DNA of 64,000 bases from Burkholderiaceae bacterium (GCA_018401615.1 JAGYKN010000009.1:136-64135); one strand, 5' to 3'. Numbered from the stretch's first letter, positions 48,248-59,269 are shown. Made by a program: numbers and translations. The notes: a model not told the origin generated them from the letters alone.

Positions 48248-49021
48248 ATGCTCTCGCTCCTGGCCGCCGATGTTGTTGAACGGTTTCTAACCATGCTCTG
48301 GCCGATGGCCAGAATCTCGGCCTTGTTGTTGGTGGCACCCGTCCTCTCGCTCGACGCGGTCACGCTCCGAATTCGCATTGCATTGGCGCTGGTGCTCACG
48401 GTCTTTGTCTATCCGTTGTTTGACTGGCCGGTGATCGATCCGACCACGGCCCCCGGATTATTGGAACTGGTCAACCAGATCACCATTGGCATTCTCATGG
48501 GCCTGATCCTGCAGGTCGTGCTTGCCGCGGTGGCCACGGGTGGCCAGGCAATTGCCGGCTCCATGGGCCTCTCGATGGCCCAGATGATTGACCCAAATCT
48601 TGGAAATGTTCCTGTGGTGGCGTCGTTTCTGGTGATTCTTGCCAGCCTGATTTTTCTTGGCCTGGGCGGACACGTCTTGCTCTTGGAGTTGCTCATTCAG
48701 AGCTTTGAGATGCTGCCCATCGGGCAGGGGCTGCTGAGCCTCAATGCTGTTGGAGCCCTGCTGGGCTGGTCTTCGATGATTTTTCTGGGCGCAGTGCTGC
48801 TGGCCCTGCCCATGTTGGTCATTCTGCTGGCCGTCAACCTTGGCCTGGGGGTGGTGGTGCGTGCTGCGCCCACGCTCAATATTTTCGCAGTGGGCTTTCC
48901 GGCAATGATTCTGGTGGGCATGCTCATGCTCTACGTCTTGATGGGTGCCATTGGTGGGCGAATGCAGTGGCTCTGGAGCGCTGCCTTTGCCCAGGTTCGC
49001 ACTGTTTTGGGGCTGGGGTGA
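48248..49021 (+). CDS. fliR: Export gate FliR
   Basis: MGLSMAQMIDP, RAAPTLNIFAVGFP. Confidence 0.94.
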   Translation: MLSLLAADVVERFLTMLWPMARISALLLVAPVLSLDAVTLRIRIALALVLTVFVYPLFDWPVIDPTTAPGLLELVNQITIGILMGLILQVVLAAVATGGQAIAGSMGLSMAQMIDPNLGNVPVVASFLVILASLIFLGLGGHVLLLELLIQSFEMLPIGQGLLSLNAVGALLGWSSMIFLGAVLLALPMLVILLAVNLGLGVVVRAAPTLNIFAVGFPAMILVGMLMLYVLMGAIGGRMQWLWSAAFAQVRTVLGLG

Positions 49022-49033
49022 TCCCCAGAGGCC

Positions 49034-50188
49034 ATGGCTGATCAAGACTCCGACCTCGAACGAACCGAGGAACCGACCGCCAGGCGCCTGGAAAAGGCGC
49101 GTGAAGACGGCCAGATTGCGCAGTCGAAAGAACTGCCCTCTGCCGTGGTGGTGGTGGCCTCTGTGGCAGCCCTGTTCATTGCGGGCGGGTGGTTCTACCA
49201 CCATGTCTCGGCCATTTTTGCCCAGGGTCTTCAGATTGATCCGCGGGCCCTGGACACCCCGCATCTGCTGCCGGGCCTGTTTGCAAAGTTCACACTCGAG
49301 AGCTTCCTGGTCATGGTGCCCCTCTTCCTGCTGACGATGGTGGCAGCCTTTATCGGCTGCACCACCACGGGTGGCTTTAACTTCTCATGGAAGGCGGCCG
49401 CACCCAAGCCAAGCAAGCTCAACCCAATTGCTGGCATCAAGCGCATGTTCGGCCTCAATGCCCTTGTGGAGTTGGGCAAGGCCATCATGAAATTCACGCT
49501 GGTGGTCATCGCCCTCTTTCTGATGATGTCGTATCAGATGCCGGATTACCTCAAGCTCTCGAGCATGGCCATGGAGCCAGCAATGGGCCTTGCAGGCCGA
49601 CTCATCGGAGAGCTCTTTCTGGCGGTGGCCTGCAGCCTCATCCTGATCGCTGCGGTCGATGTCCCCTTTCAGAAGCACCAGTACGCTGAGCGCATGAAGA
49701 TGACCAAGCAGGATGTGAAAGATGAACTCAAAGACACCGAGGGCCGGCCAGAGGTCAAGGCCCAGATTCGGCGTCGCCAACGGGAGATGGCCTCCAATCG
49801 CATGATGCAAAAAGTGCAGGATGCTGATGTGGTCGTGACCAACCCGGAGCACTTTGCAGTGGCACTCTCATATGATCCAACTGGCGATGGGGCCCCCATG
49901 GTGGTTGCAATGGGGGCGGACCACCTGGCCTTTCAGATCCGAGAGGAGGCCAAGCGACACGGGATTGAGATTTTTTCGGCCCCCCCCCTGGCACGGGCCC
50001 TCTACTTCACCTCTGAACTGGATCGCCCCATTCACCAAGACCTGTATTTCGCAGTGGCACAGGTCATTGCCTATGTCTTTGGCTTGAACACCACGCGGCC
50101 AGACGGCACCACGCCCGCGCGGCCCTCGCCGAAGGTGCCGGCGGCCATGGAATTTGACGCCAACGGCAAGCCCGTTACCCTTCAATGA
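49034..50188 (+). CDS. flhB: Export switch protein FlhB
   Basis: RTEEPTARRL, KDTEGRPEVK, TNPEH autocleavage site, PPLARAL. Confidence 0.95.
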   Translation: MADQDSDLERTEEPTARRLEKAREDGQIAQSKELPSAVVVVASVAALFIAGGWFYHHVSAIFAQGLQIDPRALDTPHLLPGLFAKFTLESFLVMVPLFLLTMVAAFIGCTTTGGFNFSWKAAAPKPSKLNPIAGIKRMFGLNALVELGKAIMKFTLVVIALFLMMSYQMPDYLKLSSMAMEPAMGLAGRLIGELFLAVACSLILIAAVDVPFQKHQYAERMKMTKQDVKDELKDTEGRPEVKAQIRRRQREMASNRMMQKVQDADVVVTNPEHFAVALSYDPTGDGAPMVVAMGADHLAFQIREEAKRHGIEIFSAPPLARALYFTSELDRPIHQDLYFAVAQVIAYVFGLNTTRPDGTTPARPSPKVPAAMEFDANGKPVTLQ

Positions 50189-51830
50189 TGGACGACCTGC
50201 AACTCCCCCCCTCAGACGAGCTTCTCTCTTCGACCGCCTTTTTCGTTCGGGCGTCGGATAAGACACGCTTTGAGCATGTCTTGCGAAGCCTCCTTGATGA
50301 CAGGCGAGCTGCAACGCTGGTGAGTGACTGTGATGCACTGCTGGATCATTACGGTCGCATGCTGGCCGATAGCCTTCGAAAATCCAGAGAGCTGGCCGTG
50401 GAGGTCTATTTCCCAAATAGCACCGAGGCCGTTTTGGCGAGGTTTAACCGCATCCTGGCCGACCTCACCGTTGCGGAGGCCATCAAGGCCGAGGGGTCCT
50501 CGGCCCCGCAGCGCCTGCTCTTGGTCTATGACGGCAAGGGAACGGGCCTCAAGGAACTCGGGCTGCTGGCCAGGCTTCTGAAGGACTTTCCGGGGGCCAA
50601 TACCCGGTTGGTGTTGCTGCTTCAGTCAGCTGGTGCGGATGCTGATAAAAAAATAGATGCGTTTGGAAAGCTCGCGCTGCGTTGGGATGTGGAGCGCCCG
50701 AGTTCAGAGGAGGCTCGTCTGCTCCTGGAGGATGCCAGGGCCAATGGCATGGGCCCGGAGGTGCAGGCCCTGCTCGATGCCACGGGTGTAAAGGGTTTTG
50801 AAGCTGCATTGGCCCTTCGAACTGGGTTGCGTGCGCTCGCGATGGCCGATGAGGCGCTTGGCGAGGAGCCGAAAAAATCCAATCGGCCCCTTGCCCAGGC
50901 TGCGACTGGATTCGGTGCGGCGATGGTTCAGGCTGCCGCCGCTGCAGCCGAGGCGCCAAGCGTTCCTGTCAGCAGGCCAGCGGCAAAGAAAATTCCGGGT
51001 GTGCTGGTCTTGGGGATGGTGGCACTTGCCGCGTCTGCAGCCATCACAGCCCTCCAGCATGTCCCCTGGGATGACCTGTCTCCCAAGCCAGGCCCCACCG
51101 TCGCAGAGCTCATGGCAAATCCACCCAGCGAGGAAAAGCTCGCCGACCCGGCGCCGGCCGACCCAGCGCCTGCTGACCCGCCTGCCGACCCAGCGCCCGG
51201 CCCAGCGCCCGCCGATTCAGTGTCTGCCGACCTGTGCCGCAGGCCGCAGCAGACGAGCCCGTCACGTTCCCGGCGTCGAACAGATTCAACTTCCGCAAAG
51301 TCCCAGTCGGTGCCCGAGCAGCTCAGCGAACCTGAGCTCAAGCGGGAGCGTCTTGGCAGCAAACCACTGATTCAGAGGCGCGCGTCGCCCCCGGCTCCCG
51401 GTGCGCAACCCCATGGCCATTACCGCCCGTTCTCGCAACACCACCCGCACCACCGCCCCTGCTCTGGCTCGCCAAGACATTAAAGGGCGCTGATCCCAAG
51501 GGCCTTGCGCCGGCTCTTTTTATGTTCAACACGCCTCCCGGGCCACGCGCAGAGGTGCAACGGTTTCAGGCTCAGAACACGGTCTTGGCAAAGGCCAAGA
51601 TCATCGTGACCCGCCAGGGCGCTCCCGGTGACAACTGGGTGTTGCTGTTCGGCCCGTTTTCCTCGATCGACCAGGCCCGAGGTCTCCTCTTGCACGCAAG
51701 GGCGTGCCACGGATTCCTGGGTCAATCTGCCTCGGCCCCAGGGCCGCCATTGCCCTGTGGTGACCGGAGAGAGCCTTACCGTGGCCAAAGAAACTGAAAT
51801 CATCCGCTCGGAGGGCACCCACGAGGTGAG
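50185..51830 (+). CDS. Degenerate AAA-like domain + TM + Pro-rich linker + probable SPOR domain (DamX-like); 3' part frameshifted
   Basis: Walker-B-like LLLVYD, TM IPGVLVLGMVALAA, ADPAP repeats, SPOR-like WVLLFGPFSSIDQAR in a downstream frame; end approximate. Confidence 0.5.
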
Positions 51831-51832
51831 CT

Positions 51833-52535
51833 GTGAGGGCAATCAACTCTGCAGCGAGCAAAAGTCCACCCCCGCAGAGCGAAGAGGCCAGAAAAATTGG
51901 TGGTGATCGATTCGAGGGTGGCCCCAAAGACAAGGGTCCTCGGGATCGGATACGCCCGGGCGCCGCTGGTGAGAACCCAGAGATCGTTACGAGGGCCGTG
52001 GCTGGGACAGCATCCAAGATCGGCTCGAAGGCGGGGGACGCCGGCGGCATCCAAGACCGCTCGCCGGGGCGGCCCGAAGGCATCCAAGATCGACCGCCGG
52101 GGCGGCTCCGAAGGGCATCCAAGACCGGCTCGCCGGGGGCCCGGAAGGGGCAATTCAAGATCGACTCGCCGGGGGCCTGACAAGATTGAAGATCGTTTCG
52201 CCGGCGGTGCTCTCCCGGGCGGCGCATCCGACCGATTCGTGCCACTTGACCAGGCCTTGGTCAATCGCAATCGCCTGGTGCTCGAGCCGCTTGCAGAAAA
52301 ACCCAAGAAGACACATCGGCTCTATGAGGTGCTCGCCAAGGTGCCAAAGCCGGTCTTTCAGGCTGTGGAACTGTTCAAAGATGGTGAGGGTCTCAACACC
52401 CGACTACTCGGTATTCGTGAGCGAACCGATGAAATTCGCAAGGGAATGGCTCTAGAAGTGAGATCTTCTGCCGATTCCAAATCCACTGGAAAGGACAGCA
52501 AATGGCCAATGAAGAAAAAACTGCCGAAGCTCTAG
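51833..52535 (+). CDS. Hypothetical protein with DR[F/L]xGG-type repeats, frameshifted
   Basis: About 33-36-bp repeats gcatccaagatcg..cgccgggg; peptides GDRFEGG, GIQDR, EDRFAGG; boundaries approximate. Confidence 0.4.
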
Positions 52536-53533
52536 AGCCGGCCTCAGAGACAACGCAAGAGTTGTCTGACGAGCTCGAGCAGGCCATTTCTGAGGAGCCT
52601 GTCGATCAGGAGCTGATCGAAGAATTGCGTGCAGCCGAGGCCGACTTTCGCGCAGCCGAAAAGTCTCATATCGAGGCCAGACGGCAGGCCGAGAAGGCCG
52701 CAGAGCAACTCCAGGCCATCATTGCAACGGTGCTCGATGCTGCAGAGGTCGCCAACAAGGCTGCTAGCTCGGCTTCGCTCAGTCACAAATCACTCTCAGA
52801 CGCCACCACCAAGCTCACCAAGGGTTCGCAGGCTGGCACACAGATGTCCTCAATATTGCTGGGCGTTGCGGGGTTTATTTTCTTGGGATCGGCCGGCGCG
52901 CTCATTGCCATGACCATTCAGCTCAATCAGCGGGTCAATCAGGCTGATGCCCTCTTGGTTCGAATTGGCACGCAGGCCATCGGCCTCAAAGAGAGCCTCT
53001 CCAACATGGACACCGTGGGTGAGAGCGTCAAGGCCCTGTCAAACAAGAACCAGGGCCTGATCACAGCGCAGTCCGACATCTCTGGCAAGGTTGCCGAACT
53101 TGGCGTTGCCCTCAAGGCCATGCAAGAGAGTTCAACCAAACGCGATGCGGAATTCAAGAAGTCTGCTGCCGAGTCATCAAAGGCCCTGATTGATGCCGCC
53201 AAGGCGCCGGCCAAACCAGACCCCCAGCTCGCCAAGCTCCTCACCGATGTCAATGCATTGAGTGGTCAGGTCAAATCGTTGAATGGCCAACTGGTCAACC
53301 AGACCAAGGCTGTCAACGAGGCAGGGGGTCGAATTTCGGCTGTGAGCAAAGAGGTCCAAGACCTCAAGCGAGTGGGTGCCAACGTGGACACCCTTAAAAA
53401 AGAGGTGGAGGCCCTGATTGTGCTGGAGCGACAGCGCTACCGTGAGGCCCTAGAGGCTGCAACTCGACGCAATACCCAGGAAAAGGCAGTGGCCTTTCCA
53501 AGGGCAGAGCGACCCGGAACGGTGAGCCAGTAG
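52502..53533 (+). CDS. Hypothetical single-TM coiled-coil protein
   Basis: AAGGA RBS; acidic N-terminus, TM SILLGVAGFIFLGSAGALIAM, long heptad pattern. Confidence 0.75.
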   Translation: MANEEKTAEALEPASETTQELSDELEQAISEEPVDQELIEELRAAEADFRAAEKSHIEARRQAEKAAEQLQAIIATVLDAAEVANKAASSASLSHKSLSDATTKLTKGSQAGTQMSSILLGVAGFIFLGSAGALIAMTIQLNQRVNQADALLVRIGTQAIGLKESLSNMDTVGESVKALSNKNQGLITAQSDISGKVAELGVALKAMQESSTKRDAEFKKSAAESSKALIDAAKAPAKPDPQLAKLLTDVNALSGQVKSLNGQLVNQTKAVNEAGGRISAVSKEVQDLKRVGANVDTLKKEVEALIVLERQRYREALEAATRRNTQEKAVAFPRAERPGTVSQ

Positions 53534-53559
53534 CGCCGCCAACTCTGTCAAGGGACGTG

Positions 53560-54126
53560 TCAATCTTCTAACAACATGAAGAGATATCCGTCCCGCTTAA
53601 AGGCCCTACAATGACCGTGACCGGTGTAGCTAAAGATCTGACAGGCCTGGCCAATGGTTGCAACCTGCTCGGTCGAGGTCCAGAAGTTCTCAATGGGCAG
53701 TGCTGGAAAGGCGTTGGGGTTGTAGGCGGGATTCTGGCAGTCGGTTTGCCGCGCAGCCTTCATCTCGGCATAGGTGGGCAGGCGCCAGGTCTTGCCCGAG
53801 GCCTGGGAGAACTCTGCAGCAAACTGGTGGGCCTGATCCCAATTGAGGCGAAGGGGGTCTCCCTGGCAGAGCCCATCTTGAATGGTCTGGCCTGCTGCGC
53901 ACCTGAACCATCGCAGTCCAGACCGACCGTCTCGAACAACATTGTCGTTTTCGAGCACGAACTCTCGAAGCTCGCCAGCCTTAAAAAGGGTGTCACATGA
54001 GGGGGTATTTCGGGTGTCGGCGCAGCCTGAGAGGGCCATGGCAACGAAAATGAAGGCAGCGCACCATGACTTTGGAACAATTTTTGCACTATCGTCGCTA
54101 TCGTGTGTCAGACGCAGGTGGGACAA
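53560..54126 (-). CDS. DUF1566 / Lcl C-terminal domain lipoprotein
   Basis: LSGC lipobox, VRDGRSGLRWFRC, WRLPT, FWTST; start uncertain. Confidence 0.8.
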   Translation of the reverse strand: MSHLRLTHDSDDSAKIVPKSWCAAFIFVAMALSGCADTRNTPSCDTLFKAGELREFVLENDNVVRDGRSGLRWFRCAAGQTIQDGLCQGDPLRLNWDQAHQFAAEFSQASGKTWRLPTYAEMKAARQTDCQNPAYNPNAFPALPIENFWTSTEQVATIGQACQIFSYTGHGHCRAFKRDGYLFMLLED

Positions 54127-54197
54127 ATTGATTTCCTGACATGAAAATTTGTTACAAGACTATACGACAGGCTCATTGAGCAAGGAGTTCGACAGCA

Positions 54198-54956
54198 ATG
54201 GATATCGCAACAATTATCGGGTTGGTGGGTGTGTTTGCCATGGTCATCATGGCCATGGGAGATCCCGCTGTGTTTGTTGACATGCCGTCGGTCTACATCG
54301 TGGTGCTGGGAACCGCCTTTGCCGTTTTGGCGCGCTCCTCGATTCCCGAATTCATCGGGGCAATCGGCACCGGGATGAAGACGGTGAAGTTCAAGCTCGA
54401 GTCGCCCGTTCAACTCATTGAAAAGCTCGTTGAGCTTGGCACCATTGCCAAGAAAGACGGCATGATTGCCCTCGAAGGCCAAGACATCAGCAACAAGTTC
54501 ATGGCCAAGGGAATCCGCATGATGGTCGATGGCACCGATCCCAAGCTGATTCAAAAGGCCCTGGAAATTGAAGCCGCCCAGATCACCGCGCAAAACGCAT
54601 CCGCCCTGACTGTCTGGGGGGCCGTTAAGGAAATCGGCCCGGCCATGGGCATGATCGGCACGCTGGTGGGGTTGGTGATCATGCTGGGCAACATGAGCGA
54701 CCCCAAGTCAATTGGCCCCGCCTTTGCCGTGGCCCTGCTCACGACCATGTACGGCGCCATCATCGCCAACATGATCTGCATCCCGGTGATGGACAAGGTC
54801 AAGAACCTTGATGCTGCAACCTCATCAAACAATGCCCTGATCGTGGAGGCCCTGATGTTCATTGCTGGGGGTGGAAACCCACGCCTGCTGCCCACCATCT
54901 TGGCGGGTTACGTTGCACCAAAAGATCAAAAGAAACTTGAGGCCATTGCAGGCTAG
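54198..54956 (+). CDS. motA: Stator A subunit, PomA-like
   Basis: MDIATIIG, GPAMGMIGTLVGLV, MSDPKSIGPAFAVALLTTMYG. Confidence 0.92.
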   Translation: MDIATIIGLVGVFAMVIMAMGDPAVFVDMPSVYIVVLGTAFAVLARSSIPEFIGAIGTGMKTVKFKLESPVQLIEKLVELGTIAKKDGMIALEGQDISNKFMAKGIRMMVDGTDPKLIQKALEIEAAQITAQNASALTVWGAVKEIGPAMGMIGTLVGLVIMLGNMSDPKSIGPAFAVALLTTMYGAIIANMICIPVMDKVKNLDAATSSNNALIVEALMFIAGGGNPRLLPTILAGYVAPKDQKKLEAIAG

Positions 54957-54961
54957 ACCCC

Positions 54962-56212
54962 ATGGCAGACGACGACGACAAAAAACCGCAAGAGGAGCAG
55001 GCGTTGCGCCAGAAGAGGCGGCTGTTGCCCCGCTGCCGCCCGCGGAGGAGGTAGGCGCTTGCATCGGCAGCCGATGAGGCCGAAGAAAAGAAGTGTGAAG
55101 AGTGTCCCGAGTGCCCCCCGGTGGGCGCACCCGCCTGGATGGCGACCTTCGCCGACATGGCCACGCTCCTCATGGCGTTCTTTGTGTTGATTCTCTCGTT
55201 TGCCGAGATGAATGTGCCCAAGTTCAAACAGATCTCGGGCTCTTTGAAGAATTCGTTTGGTGTGCAGCGACTCATCCCAACAGTCGAGCCTCCCAAGGCT
55301 ACCAGCCTCATTGCCCAGCAATTCTCGCCAGCGGTGGCTGAGCCCACGCCGGTCAACACGGTTCGCCAGCAGACCACCGATGAGACACAGCGCGAGGTGG
55401 AATTAAAAACCGAGACCAAGACGACCGACGAGGCCACCGAGAAGGCAGCCAAGGCCGTTGAGAAGTCCCTCTCACAGGAGATTGCAAAGGGCTTGGTCGA
55501 AGTCAAGACAGATGGTCAAAAGGTGGTGGTGCAGATCAACCCGCCAGTGGCCAAGAATCCGGGTGCTGGTGGTGGGGCGGGTGAGAAGGGGGAGAAGACG
55601 GCTGGCGTGGTGCCTCAGGAGCAGGTCGAGATCTTCGCCAAGGTTGCCGAGGCCCAGAGCCAGGTGACCGCGCAGGTGGAGGTGCGGCAGGCGCCCTCGG
55701 ACAAACAAGCGTCGCCGGCGGGCAGCAACGCAGCTGGCAAATCAGGATCGGGTGCAGACCAGGCCGAGAAAGACGCCCAGTTCGAACGCATCAAGAATGA
55801 CCTGGCCAAAGAGATTGCGGCCGGTCAGGCCGAGGTCATGCGAGACGGCTCCAAGATCGTGATTCGGCTGGCCGAGCAGGGCTCCTTTGTCTCTGGTCAG
55901 GCAGACCTTCAGCCCACATTCTTGCCACTGCTCCAGAAGGTTGGAAAGACCATCTCAGACGGCAAGGGCTCTGTGAAGGTCGAGGGGCACACCGACAACG
56001 TGCCGGTCATCGAGAACCCCAAGTTCAAGTCGAACTGGGATCTCTCTGCTGCTCGATCATCGGCTGTGGCCGATTTCCTCTCGTCTCGAGCCGGGGTGAC
56101 ACCCAATCGCATCAGCGTGAGTGGGCATGCCGACACGCGACCGCTCGACAACAACGCGACCCAGCAGGGGCGCTCCCGAAATCGACGAATCGAAGTGATC
56201 GTCGACGGCTAG
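54962..56212 (+). CDS. motB: Stator B subunit, PomB-like (indels near 55000-55070)
   Basis: CPPVGAPAWMATFADMATLLMAFFVL, OmpA-like GHTDN, NWDLSAARS, NRRIE. Confidence 0.9.
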
Positions 56213-56219
56213 AGCCCCA

Positions 56220-57380
56220 TCAGCCCGCCTGGTCTTGGGCATCGACCTCGGGCTTGCATTTGAGATCGTATTTGTTGATTTTCTCAATCAGGGTGGTGCG
56301 CTGCACGCTCAAGATCCGGGCCGTCTTGGAGACATTTCCATCGGCCTGCTCGAGTGCCTGCTCGATGAGTGAGCGCTCAATGTCAGTGAGTCGCTTTTTG
56401 AGGGGCACGCCGTCTAACACCACAAGTGGTGAGCCCTGCGCCAGGCAGATGAGGTCTTCAATGGGATTTGGCGCGCTCGAGGCCATCATGATGGCGTCGG
56501 CCTGGTCGACCTGGTCCGCTTGGTCGGCGTGGGTGAGGGCGGTGGCGCCCTCTGGCGTTGGCGCAGCGGTGCTGGGGGATGCTTTGGGGGTTGCTTTGGG
56601 GGTTCGGTCTCTGAGGCCTCGGGGCAACATGTCTTGCGGGATGTCTCGATAGCAGACCTTGCGGCCGGCAAAGAGCGCGCTAAAGCGGGCAATCACATTC
56701 GAGAGTTCGCGAATATTTCCTGGCCAGTGATAGGCCATGAACTCCTCGAGCAGCGCTGGGCTGGGCTCAATGGGGCGGTGGCCATTGCTTGCATGGAGGG
56801 TGGCAAAGTGTCGCGAGAGCATGGGCACGTCTTCTCGGCGCTCCCGAAGGGGAGGGGTGGTGAGGGGCAGCACGTTGAGCCGGTAATAGAGGTCTTCGCG
56901 AAAGCGACCAGCCTCGACCTCCTCCTCGAGGTCTTTGTGGGTGGCAGCGACCACTCGAACATCGACCTTGATTGGCTTGCCCCCGCCCACGGGCTCGACG
57001 ACCCGTTCTTGAATGGCGCGAAGCAGTTTGACCTGCATGTCCAGGGCGAGGTCGCCGATCTCATCGAGAAAGAGGGTTCCGCCATGGGCGAGTTCGAATC
57101 GGCCCATGCGGTCGGCAACAGCCCCGGTAAAGGAGCCCCGTTTGTGGCCAAAGAGTTCGCTCTCAATGAGCTCTCGGGGGATTGCCCCACAATTGACGGG
57201 CACCAGGTTTTTCTGCGCCCGGGCAGAGCAGTCGTGAAGGGACTTGGCAACCAGTTCTTTTCCGGTGCCACTCTCCCCTATGATCAACACAGTGGCGTCT
57301 GAATGCGCCACCGATTCGATGAGTCGTTTGAGGCTTAAAGTCGGCGGGCTGGTGCCGATGATGCTATTGAGTGCGTTCAA
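56220..57380 (-). CDS. Sigma-54 activator, FleQ/FlrA-like, with no N-terminal sensory domain
   Basis: [36 protein letters not shown], Fis-[15 protein letters not shown]; probable TTG start at 57380. Confidence 0.85.
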   Translation of the reverse strand: MNALNSIIGTSPPTLSLKRLIESVAHSDATVLIIGESGTGKELVAKSLHDCSARAQKNLVPVNCGAIPRELIESELFGHKRGSFTGAVADRMGRFELAHGGTLFLDEIGDLALDMQVKLLRAIQERVVEPVGGGKPIKVDVRVVAATHKDLEEEVEAGRFREDLYYRLNVLPLTTPPLRERREDVPMLSRHFATLHASNGHRPIEPSPALLEEFMAYHWPGNIRELSNVIARFSALFAGRKVCYRDIPQDMLPRGLRDRTPKATPKASPSTAAPTPEGATALTHADQADQVDQADAIMMASSAPNPIEDLICLAQGSPLVVLDGVPLKKRLTDIERSLIEQALEQADGNVSKTARILSVQRTTLIEKINKYDLKCKPEVDAQDQAG

Positions 57381-57394
57381 TCGTTTTAGGCGGC

Positions 57395-57421
57395 TAAAGC
57401 CCTCTGGGTTGGGGTCGAAAC
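57395..57421 (+). promoter_or_regulatory. Putative sigma-28 promoter for the flgP-like operon
   Basis: TAAAG-N14-GTCGAAAC. Confidence 0.55.
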
Positions 57422-57456
57422 TAAGCCATAAGCATGATACTAGGGAAGCCATCACC

Positions 57457-58032
57457 ATGAAGCGTCAACTGATTCAACTCCTGATCCCATCGGCCGCACT
57501 GGCCCTCTCGGCCTGCGCCGCCATTCCGGTGGAGATGAAGTCCTCTGTCGTAGAGGCTCCAAAGGCCGTCGCGCCGGAACCCCCACCAACGCTCTCTGAG
57601 CGGTACCCCGGCTCGACTGGGGCGCGGGTAGCTGCGGCAAAATCGGCCAGCGTGAACATGGCCTCACCCATGGCGGACAGGCGTGATGCGCTCACCTCCA
57701 CGGGCTATGCCGTCGTGAGCGTTCAGAATCACCGCCTGCCAGCCCAGCAGCGCCTCATGGCCATTCGAGCCTCCAAGCTCGACGCCTACCGGGGCCTCAC
57801 CGAGCAGGTCTATGGTCAACAATTAGACGCCCGCACCACGGTTGCAGACATGGTGATCCAGAGCGATAGCTTTCGGTCCCGGGTGGAGGGTGTGATCTAC
57901 GGCGCCCGCCTTGAGAGCATCACCCCAGTGGGCGATGACACCTATGAGACCACCCTCACGCTCGACGGTGCGGTGGTCAATGACCTGCGCCTCTTGTACC
58001 TCGAGCAACTCGCCTTTCAGCGCCCTCGCTGA
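57457..58032 (+). CDS. flgP: LPP20-family lipoprotein, FlgP-like
   Basis: LSAC lipobox; RLMAIRASKLDAYRGLTEQVYG...RVEGVIYGA. Confidence 0.78.
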   Translation: MKRQLIQLLIPSAALALSACAAIPVEMKSSVVEAPKAVAPEPPPTLSERYPGSTGARVAAAKSASVNMASPMADRRDALTSTGYAVVSVQNHRLPAQQRLMAIRASKLDAYRGLTEQVYGQQLDARTTVADMVIQSDSFRSRVEGVIYGARLESITPVGDDTYETTLTLDGAVVNDLRLLYLEQLAFQRPR

Positions 58033-58074
58033 TCTGCGCCAACCCCGCCTCAACCTTGCCCCCGACAATCGAAC

Positions 58075-59247
58075 ATGATTCTGCTCGTCTCTCGATGGAC
58101 CGCTCTGATGGGGCTGGGCTGCTTCTTGGCTGCCAGTGTGGCGGCCAAGGAGCCAGTCGAGGCGGCCACCAAGGCGCAGCCTGAGGCACGACTCGAGTCG
58201 ATTCGAGCTGACCTGATCGAGGCGGCCACCAAGGCACGCACCCGAGTGCGGTCGGTGGCCTGGGTTGATGAAAATGGCAGCCTCCAAGAGGCCACCCGAT
58301 TCACCTCCGATGTTCAGGTTCGCGGTGTTCGCGGTGTCCGAGTAAATGGTTACCTCTCGCCGCAGGCCGACCCTGGCATGGGTCTCGAGGCCGTTCCCAC
58401 CCCGCAGGCAGAGGCTTGCGCGCAAGACCTGGGTGTGCACCGGCGCCACGCCTTGTTTCAGGTGCTCCCGGCCTTGTCTGGCCCTTTTTTTGGCGAGGCT
58501 CAGATGTCCCAGTTGTCCCAGAGCTTTGGTCAAGAACTCGTGAGCCTCTTGGCTGCCGAGACAGGTTGGTCGCTCACGCTTGCAAAGACACCCTCCTACG
58601 CTGGGCAGGCCATGAGTCGCTATGAGCAGGCGCTGGTGGGCCGCATCCAAGACGAGGCGCCCTATGTGGTGACGGTGCAGCTTCAAGATCTTGGGGCGTT
58701 GCCGCCACCCGAGCCGTTGGGGGACACGCCGCCCTGGGTCACGGGCACCCTTATTGCGGTGGGTGTCAAAGCCGCACCCTTGCCCAGGGGGCTCCTTGGC
58801 CTCACGGTGATTTTATCGGACCGGGCAACGGGTCAATCGGTCTTTGCCCGCCAGGTGCGCTTGGCACTCACCCGCACGCCAAAGGGATACTTAGATGCCC
58901 CCGAGGTTCAGCTGGCCGAGCCCGACATTGCCAAAACTGCTTTATCTGGCCTGCAGCGGGATTTTCGCAACCACATGGCCTGCGAGAAGCCCGAGTACCC
59001 CGTGATTGAGCGCCAAAAGGGCGGGGACTTGGTGATCAATGGCGGGGCGAGGGTGGGCATTCGGCTTGGCGAGCAACTCCTGCTCACCAAGTCGGGGCAG
59101 TTGCCCAGGCGAATTTTAGAGTCGGGCGTGGCCAACGGCCTGGCCCTTGCAGAGGTTGTGTCGGTGGTGGAAGATCGAGCTGTTGTGAAAGTGATTGCCG
59201 GGCCTCGCCCAGCGTCGCTCGAGCAGCTCGTGGTCTCGCCGCTCTGA
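58075..59247 (+). CDS. Exported protein with FlgT-like C-terminal domain
   Basis: Signal peptide; C-terminal C...LVINGGARVGIRLGEQL pattern; follows flgP. Confidence 0.55.
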   Translation: MILLVSRWTALMGLGCFLAASVAAKEPVEAATKAQPEARLESIRADLIEAATKARTRVRSVAWVDENGSLQEATRFTSDVQVRGVRGVRVNGYLSPQADPGMGLEAVPTPQAEACAQDLGVHRRHALFQVLPALSGPFFGEAQMSQLSQSFGQELVSLLAAETGWSLTLAKTPSYAGQAMSRYEQALVGRIQDEAPYVVTVQLQDLGALPPPEPLGDTPPWVTGTLIAVGVKAAPLPRGLLGLTVILSDRATGQSVFARQVRLALTRTPKGYLDAPEVQLAEPDIAKTALSGLQRDFRNHMACEKPEYPVIERQKGGDLVINGGARVGIRLGEQLLLTKSGQLPRRILESGVANGLALAEVVSVVEDRAVVKVIAGPRPASLEQLVVSPL

Positions 59248-59269
59248 TGTCCACATGAAAGGGTTTCCC

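Noticed and set aside
51230-52500. Pseudogenisation of flagellar accessory genes (also 55000-55070, 60150-61270 and 16400-16830)
   Set aside because: Indels cluster in patches and also hit essential loci (rpoD 5' part, tRNA), which is more consistent with low-quality consensus than with real decay
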